The notes under the pieces: generated by a model | Databases searched by the model: none | Seen by the model: the letters and a program-made list of their open reading frames with translations, nothing else | What the model was told of the DNA's origin: nothing | Shown: positions 7,307 to 18,400 of the stretch, piece by piece | Numbering within the stretch: the first letter of the stretch is position 1 | How the letters are laid out: every line of letters begins with the position of its first letter | IMG/VR virus record: IMGVR_UViG_3300031519_000134 | Span: 1 to 31,556 of that record | Strand: one strand, 5' to 3' | From: a virus | Lineage: Duplodnaviria; Caudoviricetes | Length of the DNA: 31,556 nt | Program-made: the position numbers and the translations under genes

Positions 7307-9694
7307 ATGGGTATATATACTAACACCAATAGCGCTTTCCCTAGTCAAGTAGTTAGCGATGCAGAAAAAGCAAGCTGGGAATACGGAACGCAGGTTGGAC
7401 AAGCTATCGAATACGAGTGGTTTGGCCAAGGGCGTACTAATGGTAATAGATACTTAACTAGTTGGAATCAATTTCACCAATTAAGATTATATGCTCGAGG
7501 TGAGCAATCAATACAGAAGTACAAAGATGAATTGTCTATTAATGGTGATTTATCTTATTTAAACTTAGACTGGAAACCAGTACCAATTTTATCTAAGTTT
7601 GTAGATATTGTTGTTAATGGTATATCAGCTAAAGCTTATGATATTAAAGCTTACGCTCAAGATCCTCAGTCAATAAAGAAAAGAACTGATTACGCTTCTA
7701 TGCTTTACGAAGATATGGTATCTAAAGAATACTTGGATAGTCTTCAACAAACGCTAGGTATTAATTTATATCAAACTCCAAACATTGATACAGTACCTGA
7801 ATCTAAAGACGAACTAGAGCTTCACATGCAGTTGAGCTATAAGCAGTCGGTTGAAATAGCAGAGGAAGAAGCTATAGCATCTGTACTTGCGCAAAACAAA
7901 TTTGATCTTACTAGAAGAAGATTAAATATGGATTTAACTGTATTAGGTATGGCAGTGGCTAAAACTAGCTTTAATACTGCAGAGGGAATTACAGTTGATT
8001 ACGTAGATCCTGCTTATGTTGTTTATTCTTACACTGAAGATCCAAACTTTGATGATGTATACTATGTAGGTGAAGTAAAGTCTATAACAATACCTGAGCT
8101 TAAAAAAGAGTTTCCAGACATTGGAGAAGAAGAACTTGAAAGAATACAATCAATGCCAGGCAACAGTCAGTATATAACAGGCTGGGGTAATTATGATGAA
8201 AACACAGTTCAAGTATTATACTTTGATTACAAGACATACCATAACCAAGTATTTAAAATAAAAGAAACACCACAAGGATTAATGAAAGCTTTAGAAAAGC
8301 CTGATTCATTTAATCCACCAGAAAATGATAACTTTGAAAGAGTATCAAGATCTATTGAGGTATTATATAATGGAGCTAAAGTATTAGGTTCTAATGAAAT
8401 GATAAAGTGGGAGCTAGCAGAGAACATGTCTAGACCTACCGCTGATACAACTAAAGTAGAAATGAACTACGCTTTATGTGCGCCTAGAATGTACAAAGGT
8501 CGTATTGAATCTATTGTAAGTAAATGTATTGGCTTTGCTGACATGATTCAGTTAACACATTTAAAACTGCAACAAGTTTTATCTCGTATGGTACCAGACG
8601 GTGTTTACTTAGACATGGACGGGCTTGCGGAAGTTGATTTAGGTAACGGAACTAATTACAATCCAGCGGAGGCATTAAATATGTATTTCCAAACAGGTTC
8701 TATAGTCGGTAGATCCCTTACTCAAGACGGTGATATGAATCCAGGTAAAGTACCTATTCAAGAACTTAACAGTTCATCTGGCCAAGCTAAAATATCTGCT
8801 CTTATACAAACGTATCAATATTATTTACAAATGATACGTGACGTAACCGGGCTTAATGAAGCAAGAGACGGCACGGCTATGGATAAGAACTCGCTTGTAG
8901 GGCTTCAAAAGATGGCCGCTAACGCGTCCAATGTAGCGACTAGACATATTAATCAGTCTAGTCTTTATATCACTCTTAAACTAGCCGAGAACGTTGCGCT
9001 TAAAATAGCTGATGCATTAGAATTTCCACTAACTAGAAGTGCTCTACAAAATTCTATATCTACATTTAACATTAAAACTTTAGACGAGATAGTAAACTTA
9101 AATCTTCATGACTTTGGTATATTCTTAGAATTAGAACCAGATGAAGAAGAGCAAGCTCAGTTAGAAAACAATATACAAGTCGCACTGCAACAAGGGGGTA
9201 TTGATCTTGAAGACGCTATAGATTTAAGAAATATTAAGAATCTTAAGCTAGCAAATCAAATGCTTAAGATAAAACGTAAAGCTAAAGCTAAGCAAGATCA
9301 AGTTAACCAACAAGCTAATATTGCAGCTCAAGGGCAGTCGCAAGCTGATACAGCAGAAAAAACTGCTATGGCTGAAGTTCAAAAACAAGAAGCTATAATG
9401 GGTGCAAATGTTCAGTTTGAACAGTCTAAAAATCAAATGGAAATTCAACGTATGGAAATTGCAGCGCAATTAGAAGCGCAAAAAATGCAAACAAAATTTC
9501 AATACGATATGCAGCTTAAGCAGCTTGATGTTCAAAACACACAGCAAAAAGAAAAAGCTATTGAAGATCGTAAAGATACTCGTAGCAAAATGGAAGCTTC
9601 ACAACAAAGTGAGCTTATAAGTCAAAGGCAAAACGATGGTTTACCTATAGACTTTGAAAATCAACCCGACCAGGGTATGCAGGCTTTCATGTAG
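7307..9694 (+). CDS. portal protein
   Basis: 795 aa directly after terL; helical, with a long Gln-rich coiled-coil C-terminus like the barrel of podovirus portals. Confidence 0.8.
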   Translation: MGIYTNTNSAFPSQVVSDAEKASWEYGTQVGQAIEYEWFGQGRTNGNRYLTSWNQFHQLRLYARGEQSIQKYKDELSINGDLSYLNLDWKPVPILSKFVDIVVNGISAKAYDIKAYAQDPQSIKKRTDYASMLYEDMVSKEYLDSLQQTLGINLYQTPNIDTVPESKDELELHMQLSYKQSVEIAEEEAIASVLAQNKFDLTRRRLNMDLTVLGMAVAKTSFNTAEGITVDYVDPAYVVYSYTEDPNFDDVYYVGEVKSITIPELKKEFPDIGEEELERIQSMPGNSQYITGWGNYDENTVQVLYFDYKTYHNQVFKIKETPQGLMKALEKPDSFNPPENDNFERVSRSIEVLYNGAKVLGSNEMIKWELAENMSRPTADTTKVEMNYALCAPRMYKGRIESIVSKCIGFADMIQLTHLKLQQVLSRMVPDGVYLDMDGLAEVDLGNGTNYNPAEALNMYFQTGSIVGRSLTQDGDMNPGKVPIQELNSSSGQAKISALIQTYQYYLQMIRDVTGLNEARDGTAMDKNSLVGLQKMAANASNVATRHINQSSLYITLKLAENVALKIADALEFPLTRSALQNSISTFNIKTLDEIVNLNLHDFGIFLELEPDEEEQAQLENNIQVALQQGGIDLEDAIDLRNIKNLKLANQMLKIKRKAKAKQDQVNQQANIAAQGQSQADTAEKTAMAEVQKQEAIMGANVQFEQSKNQMEIQRMEIAAQLEAQKMQTKFQYDMQLKQLDVQNTQQKEKAIEDRKDTRSKMEASQQSELISQRQNDGLPIDFENQPDQGMQAFM

Positions 9695-9706
9695 AAAGTA
9701 AACAAT

Positions 9707-9728
9707 TATTTAATTATATTATATTATG
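9707..9728 (+). promoter_or_regulatory. shared leader motif TATTTAATTWTATTATATTATG, copy 1
   Basis: Matches 12482-12503 at 21 of 22 nt; both copies end at a start codon. Confidence 0.5.
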
Positions 9729-10916
9729 TCAGAAGTAAAAACAAATGAACCTGTTAAGCAGGAAGGCGAGTTTAAAATTAAAAAGAAAACTCCTAAAAAA
9801 TTAACAACACCTAGTGACGAACCGGTAAAAGTAAATATCAAAGAACCTTTGGTTGAGCTTCCACCAGAAGTTACAAAAGTGGTAATACCAAAAGAAGATG
9901 CCATTCAAGTCGGAGAAACAAAGGAAGTATCTGTGGAAGAACCATCCGGAGATAGCGCAGAGGTGGGAGAACCTGTACAAGAGTCCAACGAAACTCCTGA
10001 AGGGTTTTCTGCAATCAAAGAAGTAACTGAAAAAGAAGTTAAAGAAGTTGAAGCTCAAGTAGAAAAAGCAGTACAAGATGAAAGAATTCTTGGTAAAGCT
10101 TTGCCTGAAAACATTGAAAAACTAGTTTCATTTATGGAAGAAACAGGTGGGACAATAGAGGACTATACTAGGCTTAACGCTGACTACTCTAAAGTAGATG
10201 ATGTTACATTATTAAAAGAATACTATAAAAAAGAAAAACCTTATTTAGAAGGTGAAGACATTGATATGTTACTAGAAGACTTTATCATTGATGAAGATAT
10301 CGACGAAGATAGAGATGCACGCAAAAAAAGAATTGCGTTTAAAGAAGAAGTTGCAAAAGCCAAAAACTATTTGGAAGAGACGAAGAGTAAGTATTATGAC
10401 GAGATCAAGTTGAGACCGGGCACTACTCAAGACCAACAAAAAGCTATGGACTTTTTTAACCGATATAATAAGCAGCAAGAAACAGCTGAGCAACAACATG
10501 CACAATTCAAGGAAAGTACTAAAGAGCTTTTCAACGACAATTTCGAAGGTTTCGATATTAAAGTCGGCGAAAAAAGTTATAAGTACAATATTCAGAATCG
10601 TGATAAAGTTGCAGAGAGCCAATCGAATATTAACAACCTTGTCGGGAAGTTCCTAGACTCAGATGGTAATGTTAAAGACACGAAAGGTTATCACAAAGCT
10701 ATGTACGCTGCTGACAATGTAGATAAGATCGCAGCTCATTTCTATGAGCAAGGAAAAGCGGATGCCGTAAAAGAAGTTGTAAACAGTTCAAAAAACTTAA
10801 GTAATACCAAAGCTAGGTCTACTCAAGGTGATGTGTTTGTAAACGGACTTAAGGTTAAAGCAATAAGCGGTTTAGACTCTTCAAAACTAAGAATTAAAAC
10901 AAAAAAATTTAACTAA
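9726..10916 (+). CDS. putative capsid scaffolding protein
   Basis: Very acidic, low-complexity N-terminus and helical C-terminus; lies between portal and major capsid genes. Confidence 0.65.
   Translation: MSEVKTNEPVKQEGEFKIKKKTPKKLTTPSDEPVKVNIKEPLVELPPEVTKVVIPKEDAIQVGETKEVSVEEPSGDSAEVGEPVQESNETPEGFSAIKEVTEKEVKEVEAQVEKAVQDERILGKALPENIEKLVSFMEETGGTIEDYTRLNADYSKVDDVTLLKEYYKKEKPYLEGEDIDMLLEDFIIDEDIDEDRDARKKRIAFKEEVAKAKNYLEETKSKYYDEIKLRPGTTQDQQKAMDFFNRYNKQQETAEQQHAQFKESTKELFNDNFEGFDIKVGEKSYKYNIQNRDKVAESQSNINNLVGKFLDSDGNVKDTKGYHKAMYAADNVDKIAAHFYEQGKADAVKEVVNSSKNLSNTKARSTQGDVFVNGLKVKAISGLDSSKLRIKTKKFN
9898..10026 (+). CDS. nested 42-aa basic protein (MPFKSEKQR type) in the +1 frame of the scaffold gene
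   Basis: Translates as MPFKSEKQRKYLWKNHPEIAQRWENLYKSPTKLLKGFLQSKK*. A at -3 of the ATG, local GC rise, and resemblance to a recurrent small phage protein pattern (PFKSxKQRxY.W...PEIA.RW). Confidence 0.7.
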   Translation: MPFKSEKQRKYLWKNHPEIAQRWENLYKSPTKLLKGFLQSKK

Positions 10917-10930
10917 AAAAACAAAAAATT

Positions 10931-12415
10931 ATGGCTTTAAGTCCTCAATTTGGTAGTTTAATTCCTTCTGGAACTCAGGAAGTATTAAATAGTAACTACC
11001 TACAATTTAACGGTGGCGCTGCTGCTGGACCAGGCGCTGGTGGTGATTCATTCGCTCAGCAGTATTTACCTGAAATTTATGAACAAGAAGTAGAGCGTTA
11101 CGGAAACCGTACAATCTCTGGATTCTTAAGAATGGTTGGCGCTGAAATGCCAATGACTTCAGATCAAGTAATTTGGTCAGAACAAAACAGACTACACATT
11201 AGCTACGCTGGCGTATCTGTTGTTAACGCTGCTGGATCAACTAGCACTGTTACATTATTTGCAGCTGGTACAGCCGGTTTACAAAATGTAATATCAATCA
11301 ACGATACTATTGTTTTCTTAAACCCTACAACTGGGGCTGAGAGTAAAGCAATTGTAACTGATTCTGGTGCATACACTGGATCTGCTCTTGCTGCTACTGA
11401 TATTGTTGTACAACCTTTTGACAATAATCAAATTGCCGGTATTGGTGCTGGAGCAGCTGCTGCTACAGGCGCTAAGGTATTTGTATACGGTTCTCAATAT
11501 ACAAAAGGACAAAGTACTGATGGAGCTTTTTTAGTTGGCGGACAAAACCAAGGAAGAATCTCAATTGATCCTCAGTTAACTCAATATTCTAATTCGCCAA
11601 TTATATTAAGAAGCCAATACGTAGTTAATGGTTCTGACATGGCTCAAATTGGATGGGTTGAAGTTGCAACTGAAGATGGAACATCTGGGTACTTATGGTA
11701 TTTAAAAGCTGAATCTGAAACTCGTTTACGTTTTGAAGATTACTTAGAAATGTCTATGGTTGAAGCTGAATATGATCAAGTAGGTGGTGTTACATCTCCA
11801 GGATCTGAAGGTTTATTTGCTGCCATCCAATCTCGTGGAAACGTAGAAGTAGGATTTACTGCTGCTGCTGGACTTGACGAATTTGATGCTATTCTTAAAA
11901 ATTTAGATACTCAAGGAGCAATTGAAGAAAACATGTTATTCTTACAGAGACAAACATCTCTTGATTTTGACGATATGTTAGCTTCTATTTCTGGCGGATT
12001 TGCTGGAGGTACTGCTTTTGGATTATTTGAAAATTCTGAAGAAATGGCTTTAAACTTAGGATTTAGCGGATTTCGTAGAGGATCTTACGATTTCTATAAA
12101 ACTGACTGGAAATACTTAAATGACGCTTCTACTCGTGGCGCTGTTACAGGTATTAGCTCAATCGAAGGTGTATTAATACCAGCTGGAACTTCTACAGTTT
12201 ACGATCAGATCTTAGGAACTAATATCCGACGACCATTTTTACACGTGCGTTACAGAGCTTCACAATCTGATGACAGACGTATGAAGTCTTGGTTAACTGG
12301 TTCTGCTGGTGGTGCATTTACTTCAACTCTTGATGCTATGGAAGTAAACTTCCTATCTGAAAGATGTTTAGTAACTCAAGCTGCTAACAACTTTGTATTA
12401 TTCAAAGGAATCTAA
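10931..12415 (+). CDS. major capsid protein
   Basis: 494 aa after the scaffold gene, with strongly biased codons (GCT/GGT/CGT) and a downstream terminator. Contains an Ala/Gly-rich beta insertion. Confidence 0.8.
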   Translation: MALSPQFGSLIPSGTQEVLNSNYLQFNGGAAAGPGAGGDSFAQQYLPEIYEQEVERYGNRTISGFLRMVGAEMPMTSDQVIWSEQNRLHISYAGVSVVNAAGSTSTVTLFAAGTAGLQNVISINDTIVFLNPTTGAESKAIVTDSGAYTGSALAATDIVVQPFDNNQIAGIGAGAAAATGAKVFVYGSQYTKGQSTDGAFLVGGQNQGRISIDPQLTQYSNSPIILRSQYVVNGSDMAQIGWVEVATEDGTSGYLWYLKAESETRLRFEDYLEMSMVEAEYDQVGGVTSPGSEGLFAAIQSRGNVEVGFTAAAGLDEFDAILKNLDTQGAIEENMLFLQRQTSLDFDDMLASISGGFAGGTAFGLFENSEEMALNLGFSGFRRGSYDFYKTDWKYLNDASTRGAVTGISSIEGVLIPAGTSTVYDQILGTNIRRPFLHVRYRASQSDDRRMKSWLTGSAGGAFTSTLDAMEVNFLSERCLVTQAANNFVLFKGI

Positions 12416-12431
12416 TTGATTCAACATTAAT

Positions 12432-12476
12432 GTAATTCTTACCCTCGTTGAACTGACGGGGGTAATTATTACTTTT
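12432..12476 (+). terminator. Rho-independent terminator after the capsid gene
   Basis: Stem TTACCCTCGT/ACGGGGGTAA (12439-12465), extended by GTAAT/ATTAC and followed by TTTT. Confidence 0.7.
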
Positions 12477-12481
12477 ATAAC

Positions 12482-12503
12482 TATTTAATTTTATTATATT
12501 ATG
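12482..12503 (+). promoter_or_regulatory. shared leader motif TATTTAATTWTATTATATTATG, copy 2
   Basis: Near-identical to 9707-9728. Confidence 0.5.
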
Positions 12504-13325
12504 GCTAAACAAGCTAAAGCACAACAAGTTGAGGTTGCACCTCAAGAAGAAGTGGTAACAAAAGTTGCTGCTCCAGTAAAACCCGCAAAACCAGAGTGGG
12601 AAATTAAAGATAGAATATATTATTTAAAAGGTAATAAATCACCTTTAACATTAACAATACCAGGCAGGCATACAAGAAAGCATGCTTTGCTCTATTTTGA
12701 CAAAATAACTGGAAAACAAAGAGAAATAAGATATGCAACTAACCAAAGCTCACCTCTTGTAGATGAGCAAAAAGGAGAATGCACAATGGGTCACATTAGA
12801 TTTAAAGATGGATCTTTATCAGTACCAAAAGAACAACAAAATTTACAAAAACTAATGTCTATATATCATCCTTTAAAGGATAAACTGTATCAAGAATTTA
12901 GTGCTGTTACTAAGGCTACGGATGATTTAGATATTTTAGACATGCAAATAGATGCATTAAATGCAGCTAGAGCTATGGATGTAGATCACGGTGAGGCAAT
13001 TTTAAGAGTTGAACTTGGATCTAAAGTAAATTCTATGAGTTCTAAAGAACTTAAAAGAGACTTAATGTTATTTGCTAGGCAAAACCCAGCATTGTTTATT
13101 GAGCTAGCTAATGACGATAATGTGCAATTAAGAAACTTTGCCATTAGAGCACAAGAAGTTGGTATTATAAGTCTATCACAAGACCAAAGAACATTCATAT
13201 GGGTATCAACTGGTAGAAAATTAATGAACGTTCCTTTTGATGAAAACCCTTACTCAGCGTTTGCGGCTTTCTTAAAAACAGACGAAGGAGTAGAAATCTA
13301 TAAGTCTATAGATAAAAAACTATAA
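12501..13325 (+). CDS. hypothetical protein of the head module (274 aa)
   Basis: Long ORF immediately after the capsid gene; no motif recognised. Confidence 0.8.
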   Translation: MAKQAKAQQVEVAPQEEVVTKVAAPVKPAKPEWEIKDRIYYLKGNKSPLTLTIPGRHTRKHALLYFDKITGKQREIRYATNQSSPLVDEQKGECTMGHIRFKDGSLSVPKEQQNLQKLMSIYHPLKDKLYQEFSAVTKATDDLDILDMQIDALNAARAMDVDHGEAILRVELGSKVNSMSSKELKRDLMLFARQNPALFIELANDDNVQLRNFAIRAQEVGIISLSQDQRTFIWVSTGRKLMNVPFDENPYSAFAAFLKTDEGVEIYKSIDKKL

Positions 13326-13344
13326 AAACAAGTAATACTAATAC

Positions 13345-13366
13345 AGGGCTCGTCTACTCGGGCCCT
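13345..13366 (+). terminator. intergenic GC-rich hairpin (terminator or processing site)
   Basis: AGGGCTCG-tctact-CGGGCCCT, an 8-bp stem with one G-U pair in an AT-rich spacer; weak U tract. Confidence 0.5.
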
Positions 13367-13387
13367 ATATTATAACAAAAATAAAAA

Positions 13388-14146
13388 ATGGCGGTAAATA
13401 TAAATACAGTATATCAAACAGTCTTGTATATATTAAACAAAGAACAAAGGGGTTATATAACACCTGCTGAATTCAATAGTTTAGCAACTCAAGTTCAAGA
13501 CGAGATATTTCAATCATATTTTCCTGACGGTAACCAGGTAAATCGTCAAAACCAAAACAATACACAAAACGATACGGAGTTTTTTAATATGTTTAAAGAC
13601 ATTTCTTATAAATTATATCCTTTCGAAAAAGAAGCCGCATTTACTTATAATGCTGCTAACGATGGTTTTATATACACTGGAGGAGGTATTATATATAAAC
13701 TAGGTGAAATTATTTCTACATATAACACCACTAATCCTATTTATAATTCTATAACACAATTAGCAAGCAAAAGCGATTATTCTCAAATAACAAGGTCAAA
13801 TCTAACGACGCCAACTGTTAATTATCCTATATGCTTTACTACAAACGCGATTATTGCACCAGCAACTATAAGTCAGCTTTTGTTAAAAATAGCGCCTACG
13901 CCTAACGCTTTAAACGTGAATTGTTTGTTTAAACCAACAAATCCAGCTTGGGCTTTTACAGTAGGAACTTTAGGTCAATATTTATTTAATTCATCTTTAT
14001 CTGCAAATTTTGAACTTGATATATCTGAACAATCAAATATAACAACAAACATATTAAGATATTGTGGTATTATAATAAACGATCCTACAATTATACAAAC
14101 TGCGACTCAAGAAGCTCAGCGAACTTCAATTAACGAAAAATCATAG
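13388..14146 (+). CDS. putative head-tail ring/adaptor (tail tubular) protein (252 aa)
   Basis: N-terminal LNKEQRGYITPAEFN helix pattern like crAss-type ring proteins; position in the module. Confidence 0.55.
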   Translation: MAVNINTVYQTVLYILNKEQRGYITPAEFNSLATQVQDEIFQSYFPDGNQVNRQNQNNTQNDTEFFNMFKDISYKLYPFEKEAAFTYNAANDGFIYTGGGIIYKLGEIISTYNTTNPIYNSITQLASKSDYSQITRSNLTTPTVNYPICFTTNAIIAPATISQLLLKIAPTPNALNVNCLFKPTNPAWAFTVGTLGQYLFNSSLSANFELDISEQSNITTNILRYCGIIINDPTIIQTATQEAQRTSINEKS

Positions 14147-14152
14147 TAACAA

Positions 14153-15394
14153 ATGGGTTTAATAACTGAAACAAATCAACAATATTACCAAGGGTCCCAG
14201 GGTTTTTCATCGCTAGCGGTATTACCGACTCCTCCGACTCCTAACACACAGGCATTTACTACTACTTTCGATACGGACTTAATATTTGGTAGTTGGAATC
14301 CAGCAGATGCTAACTACGCTTTAAACAATTTTAAAGTTTATACAAGCCCTACCGGAATTCCAGGTACATATAGTGAATATGTATTAGCTTATACCGTTGT
14401 AAACAACATTATAACGTTAACAGGTTTACCTTCTAGCACTAAAGTTGTAATACAATTAAAAGTATTAACTGGCGGTAAGTACGGTCAAACAGAAGCTGAG
14501 AAAGCTTATGGAGATACTGTAGAAGATAATTACGGAAGCTATGAATATATAAAACTAACAGATGCTATAGACAACTTTATGGTTGGTTATGTGGGTGATG
14601 GTAAATTAATACAAAACGCTAAAAAATCTGATGTATTGTTTTTTGCTAAAAGAAGTTTGCAAGAATTTAGTTATGATACTTTAAAAAGTATTCACTCTCA
14701 GGAGCTAAATATACCAGCTAGCTTAAGCGTTATATTGCCTCAGGATTATGTTAACTATGTAAGAGTGTCTTTTATAGATCATTTAGGCGTAAAAAGAATT
14801 ATATACCCAGCAAATAATTTAACTATAGCCCCTTTTGAAACACCTATACAAGATCAAGCAGGTGTACCAACTCAAGATAACTTTGGAGAAAATGTCGAAG
14901 GAACTTCGCTAACCGTCGAAAGATGGAAAAAAGCTAACGACAATTTAATAAACGGTCAGCTAGTTAACAATATAGATGAAGCTGTTGACTTTCAAAATGC
15001 TTATGGCTTTGAAGGTAGCTGGAACTGGGGAAGACAATACGGTCTTGATCCACAGACGTCACAAATGAATGGCTGGTTTAATATGGATGAAAGAGAAGGT
15101 AAAATGTCTTTCTCTAGCAATTTAGCCGGAAAGCTTATTGTGTTAGAATACATCTCTGATGGTTTAGCTTATGACTCAGACACTAAAGTACCTAAACTAG
15201 CGGAAGACGCTCTATACGCTTCTATATTACACTCTATAATATCCACAAGATCTGGTCAACAAGAGTATTTAGTTCAAAGATTGCAGAAAGATAGAAGAGC
15301 TAAACTTAGAAATGCAAAAATAAGATTATCAAATATTAAGCTTGACGAAATAGTTCAAGTTATGAGAGGTAAATCTAAATGGATTAAACACTAA
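14153..15394 (+). CDS. putative ring / tail tubular protein (413 aa)
   Basis: LPQDYVNYVRV and the C-terminal VPKLAEDALYA helix are typical of adaptor/ring proteins. Confidence 0.55.
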   Translation: MGLITETNQQYYQGSQGFSSLAVLPTPPTPNTQAFTTTFDTDLIFGSWNPADANYALNNFKVYTSPTGIPGTYSEYVLAYTVVNNIITLTGLPSSTKVVIQLKVLTGGKYGQTEAEKAYGDTVEDNYGSYEYIKLTDAIDNFMVGYVGDGKLIQNAKKSDVLFFAKRSLQEFSYDTLKSIHSQELNIPASLSVILPQDYVNYVRVSFIDHLGVKRIIYPANNLTIAPFETPIQDQAGVPTQDNFGENVEGTSLTVERWKKANDNLINGQLVNNIDEAVDFQNAYGFEGSWNWGRQYGLDPQTSQMNGWFNMDEREGKMSFSSNLAGKLIVLEYISDGLAYDSDTKVPKLAEDALYASILHSIISTRSGQQEYLVQRLQKDRRAKLRNAKIRLSNIKLDEIVQVMRGKSKWIKH

Positions 15395-15400
15395 AATTTA

Positions 15401-18400
15401 ATGGCTAAAGTTCAAAATACTTTTTTAAAATCCAAGATGAACAAAGACTTGGATGCGCGTATACTACCTAATGGTGAATACAGAGATGCTAGAAATATTC
15501 AAGTTAGTAGATCAGAAGGATCTAAAGTTGGAGCTTTAGAAAACGTATTGGGTAATAAAGAAATATTAAACTTTCAAACAATTACTGGCGTAGCGGGGCT
15601 GAAATGCATAGGTCAATTGGCTGATGAAATAAACAACACTGTTTATTTATATTTAACAACTAACATTAAGGACGGTTATGTTCCAAGTGCTAGTAATTTT
15701 ATTATATCTCATAACACTTTAAATAGTCAAACGCTTATACTTGTTAAAGGCGCTTATCTTAATTTTTCCACTTTAAATCCTATATATGGAATAAACATAT
15801 TAGAAGGTTTTTTGTTTTGGACTGACAACAGAAATCAGCCAAGAAGAATAGATACTACTGTTGCAAATCCTACTGGTTTAGCCAATCCTATATACTATGT
15901 AAATGAAGACCAAATATCTGTAGCTAAATACAATCCTTACCAATGTATCGAACTTTACCAGTTTAGCAATGAAGCTCCTGACAACGCGATTCCTTACGAA
16001 ACCACAATGAAAGATGTAACTAGCAAAGCATTTCCAAACGGAGGCGTTGGGACAGTGGCGGGTGACGGAACTACTGGAACAACCACTTTAAATATATTAG
16101 CTGGAAACGTAGAAGGGGACATAGTAACTGGTAGTCCTTATGGCTCAGGAGCAACTATTGGGTACATAGCTTCTTTGTCGGCTAGCATAGTAATGATTGA
16201 AACTGGTGGCGTAAACGCTACTGTAGCTTCTAGCACTTACGTTGTACCTACAACTCCTGTAGGAAATCCAGATCCTCCGTACTTTACAGTTGTAATAACT
16301 GGAGGAAATTTTCCTACTATACCAGTGGGCTCTTCATACGACATAGTATTTAATCCAAACCCTTATTATAACCCTCAGTTTTCTGGAGATCCTGATTACC
16401 TAGAAGATAGGTTTGTAAGGTTTAGTTATAGATTTAAGTTTGAAAATAACGAATATTCTATATTTGCGCCATTTACTCAAACAGCCTTTATTCCTAAGCA
16501 AGATGGTTATTTTATGTATTTGGACGAAGATGGGTTGCCTAAAGTAGATGACCAAACAAACACATATCGTAGTACAGTTGCTTCATTTGTTGAAAACAAA
16601 GTGGATGACATAAAATTAAGAATACCTATACCTTTTAAAAATTATAACTTAGTTAATAATTTAAAAATAAAAGAAATAGACATATTGTATAGAGAGTCTG
16701 ACGGAGCCTCTGTTAAAGTTGTAGAAACGTTAGATTCAAACTTTATATTAAACGCAGCAGCAACGTGTATTTCTTCTCAAGTTGGAGGATTGGCTACATT
16801 TGCTATTACTGGAATTCTTGGAGGTATAAAAGTTGGTGACAGCGTAACCGGGCCTGGGCTAGGGTCAGGAGCCTTAACAACGTATCCAGCTAAGGTACTT
16901 TCTTTTGCACCTACGGACCCAAGTAATCCGGTTGCTGGAAATATTACTTTAGATCAAAATGTTACTATTCAATCGGGCGTTACTTTAACTATAAATGATC
17001 CTGATTATTTAGTTTATGATTATCAATCAACAAAACCTTTTAAAACATTACCAGAATTTCAAACTACTAGAGTTTATGACAAAGTTCCAGTAAGAGCTTT
17101 TGCTCAAGAAATATCAGGAAATAGAGTTATATATGGTAATTACCAAGATAAACATACACCTCCGGCTGCTATAAACTACAATGTAGCATGCACCGATAAA
17201 AATCAATTCTCCATAAACGAAATAGGAGCAACCGCTTCCGCTACTTATACAAACGTTAATAGTAATATTATTTTAGACATAACAGACGCTAAAGATGTTT
17301 CATCGGTTGTGGCGGGTATGATATTTTTTTCTGATAGCATCTTAGTTAATATACCAGAAGGCACTTTTATATCTAGTGTTGTTGCTGGACCTGGTGGAAA
17401 TCAAGTTACAATAACTTTAACTAACAACGTTACTATAGCAAGCGGCGATATAATAATACTACTACCTGGAGGCAATGTAGAGAATTCAACATCTATAATA
17501 GAATACCCAAATCATTCAATTAAAACAAACAGAAACTATCAAGTAGGTTTTGTTCTTTCTGATAGATATGGAAGACAATCAAGTGTTATACTTTCTAATA
17601 ACACAGAAGAGCTTTTAGCTCCTGGAGGAGGAACTTATTCGGGTTCAACTTTGTACTCACCTTATATAAGTGAGTCAACAGAACAAGATATATGGCCTGG
17701 AAATTCTTTAAAAGTTTTAGTAAACGATCCCATAACTACAAACCAATATAATGGAGATGTAACAAGCACTAAATATAATCCAACAGGATGGTATTCTTAT
17801 AAAGTTGTAGTTAAACAAACAGAGCAAGAATATTACAATGTATACTTACCTGGAATTATGGCGGCGTATCCTGACAAACCAACATTGGAATTAGGAAATA
17901 CATCTCATGCCGTGCTTATAAATGATAATATAAACAAAGTTCCTCGAGATTTAACAGAAGTAGGTCCTCAACAAAGACAATTTAGAAGTTCTGTAAAACT
18001 ATTTGGAAGGGTTCAAAACACTTCAGTGCCTGTCACGTCTTCAATTTTTGGAGATTCAAATAAGCAGTATTATCCTGGCCGTAATTCAGATACTGTTTCT
18101 ACTATATCTACTGTTAATGATTTATTTGACTACGATCCTATTAGCCCTAATCAGCCTGATTATTTTCCTCAATTTTATAACTTAAACTCAAACCCATTAA
18201 TAGCTAGAATAAGCACTCAAACGCAAATAGGACAAGTAGCAACAACTAATTTTTCGCCTTCAAGCGCTACAGTTGAACAAGCTGTTGATAATTTTTGGAA
18301 AATACCTTTGACTAGCATAACCGGAGAGCCCGGAGTAGGTTCTAACCCAGACTTAGTTTCTGGTAAAGGAATTCCTGACAATATATACGTAAATTCTTTT

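Noticed and set aside
7304-7309. In-frame TAA-ATG junctions (terL/portal; also 2455-2460) as read-through fusions
   Set aside because: TAA is rarely read through, both products are normal stand-alone proteins, and tight translational coupling explains the junctions.
10272-10622. 116-aa hydrophobic antisense ORF in the scaffold gene
   Set aside because: It is the codon-aligned shadow of a Lys/Glu-rich, Leu/Ser-poor sense sequence, which naturally gives stop-free Phe/Leu-rich antisense frames.
18003-18185. 60-aa alternative-frame hydrophobic ORF in the tail gene
   Set aside because: It is short, has a TTG start, and its hydrophobicity is explained by T-ending codons. No codon anomaly like that at 9898 was seen.
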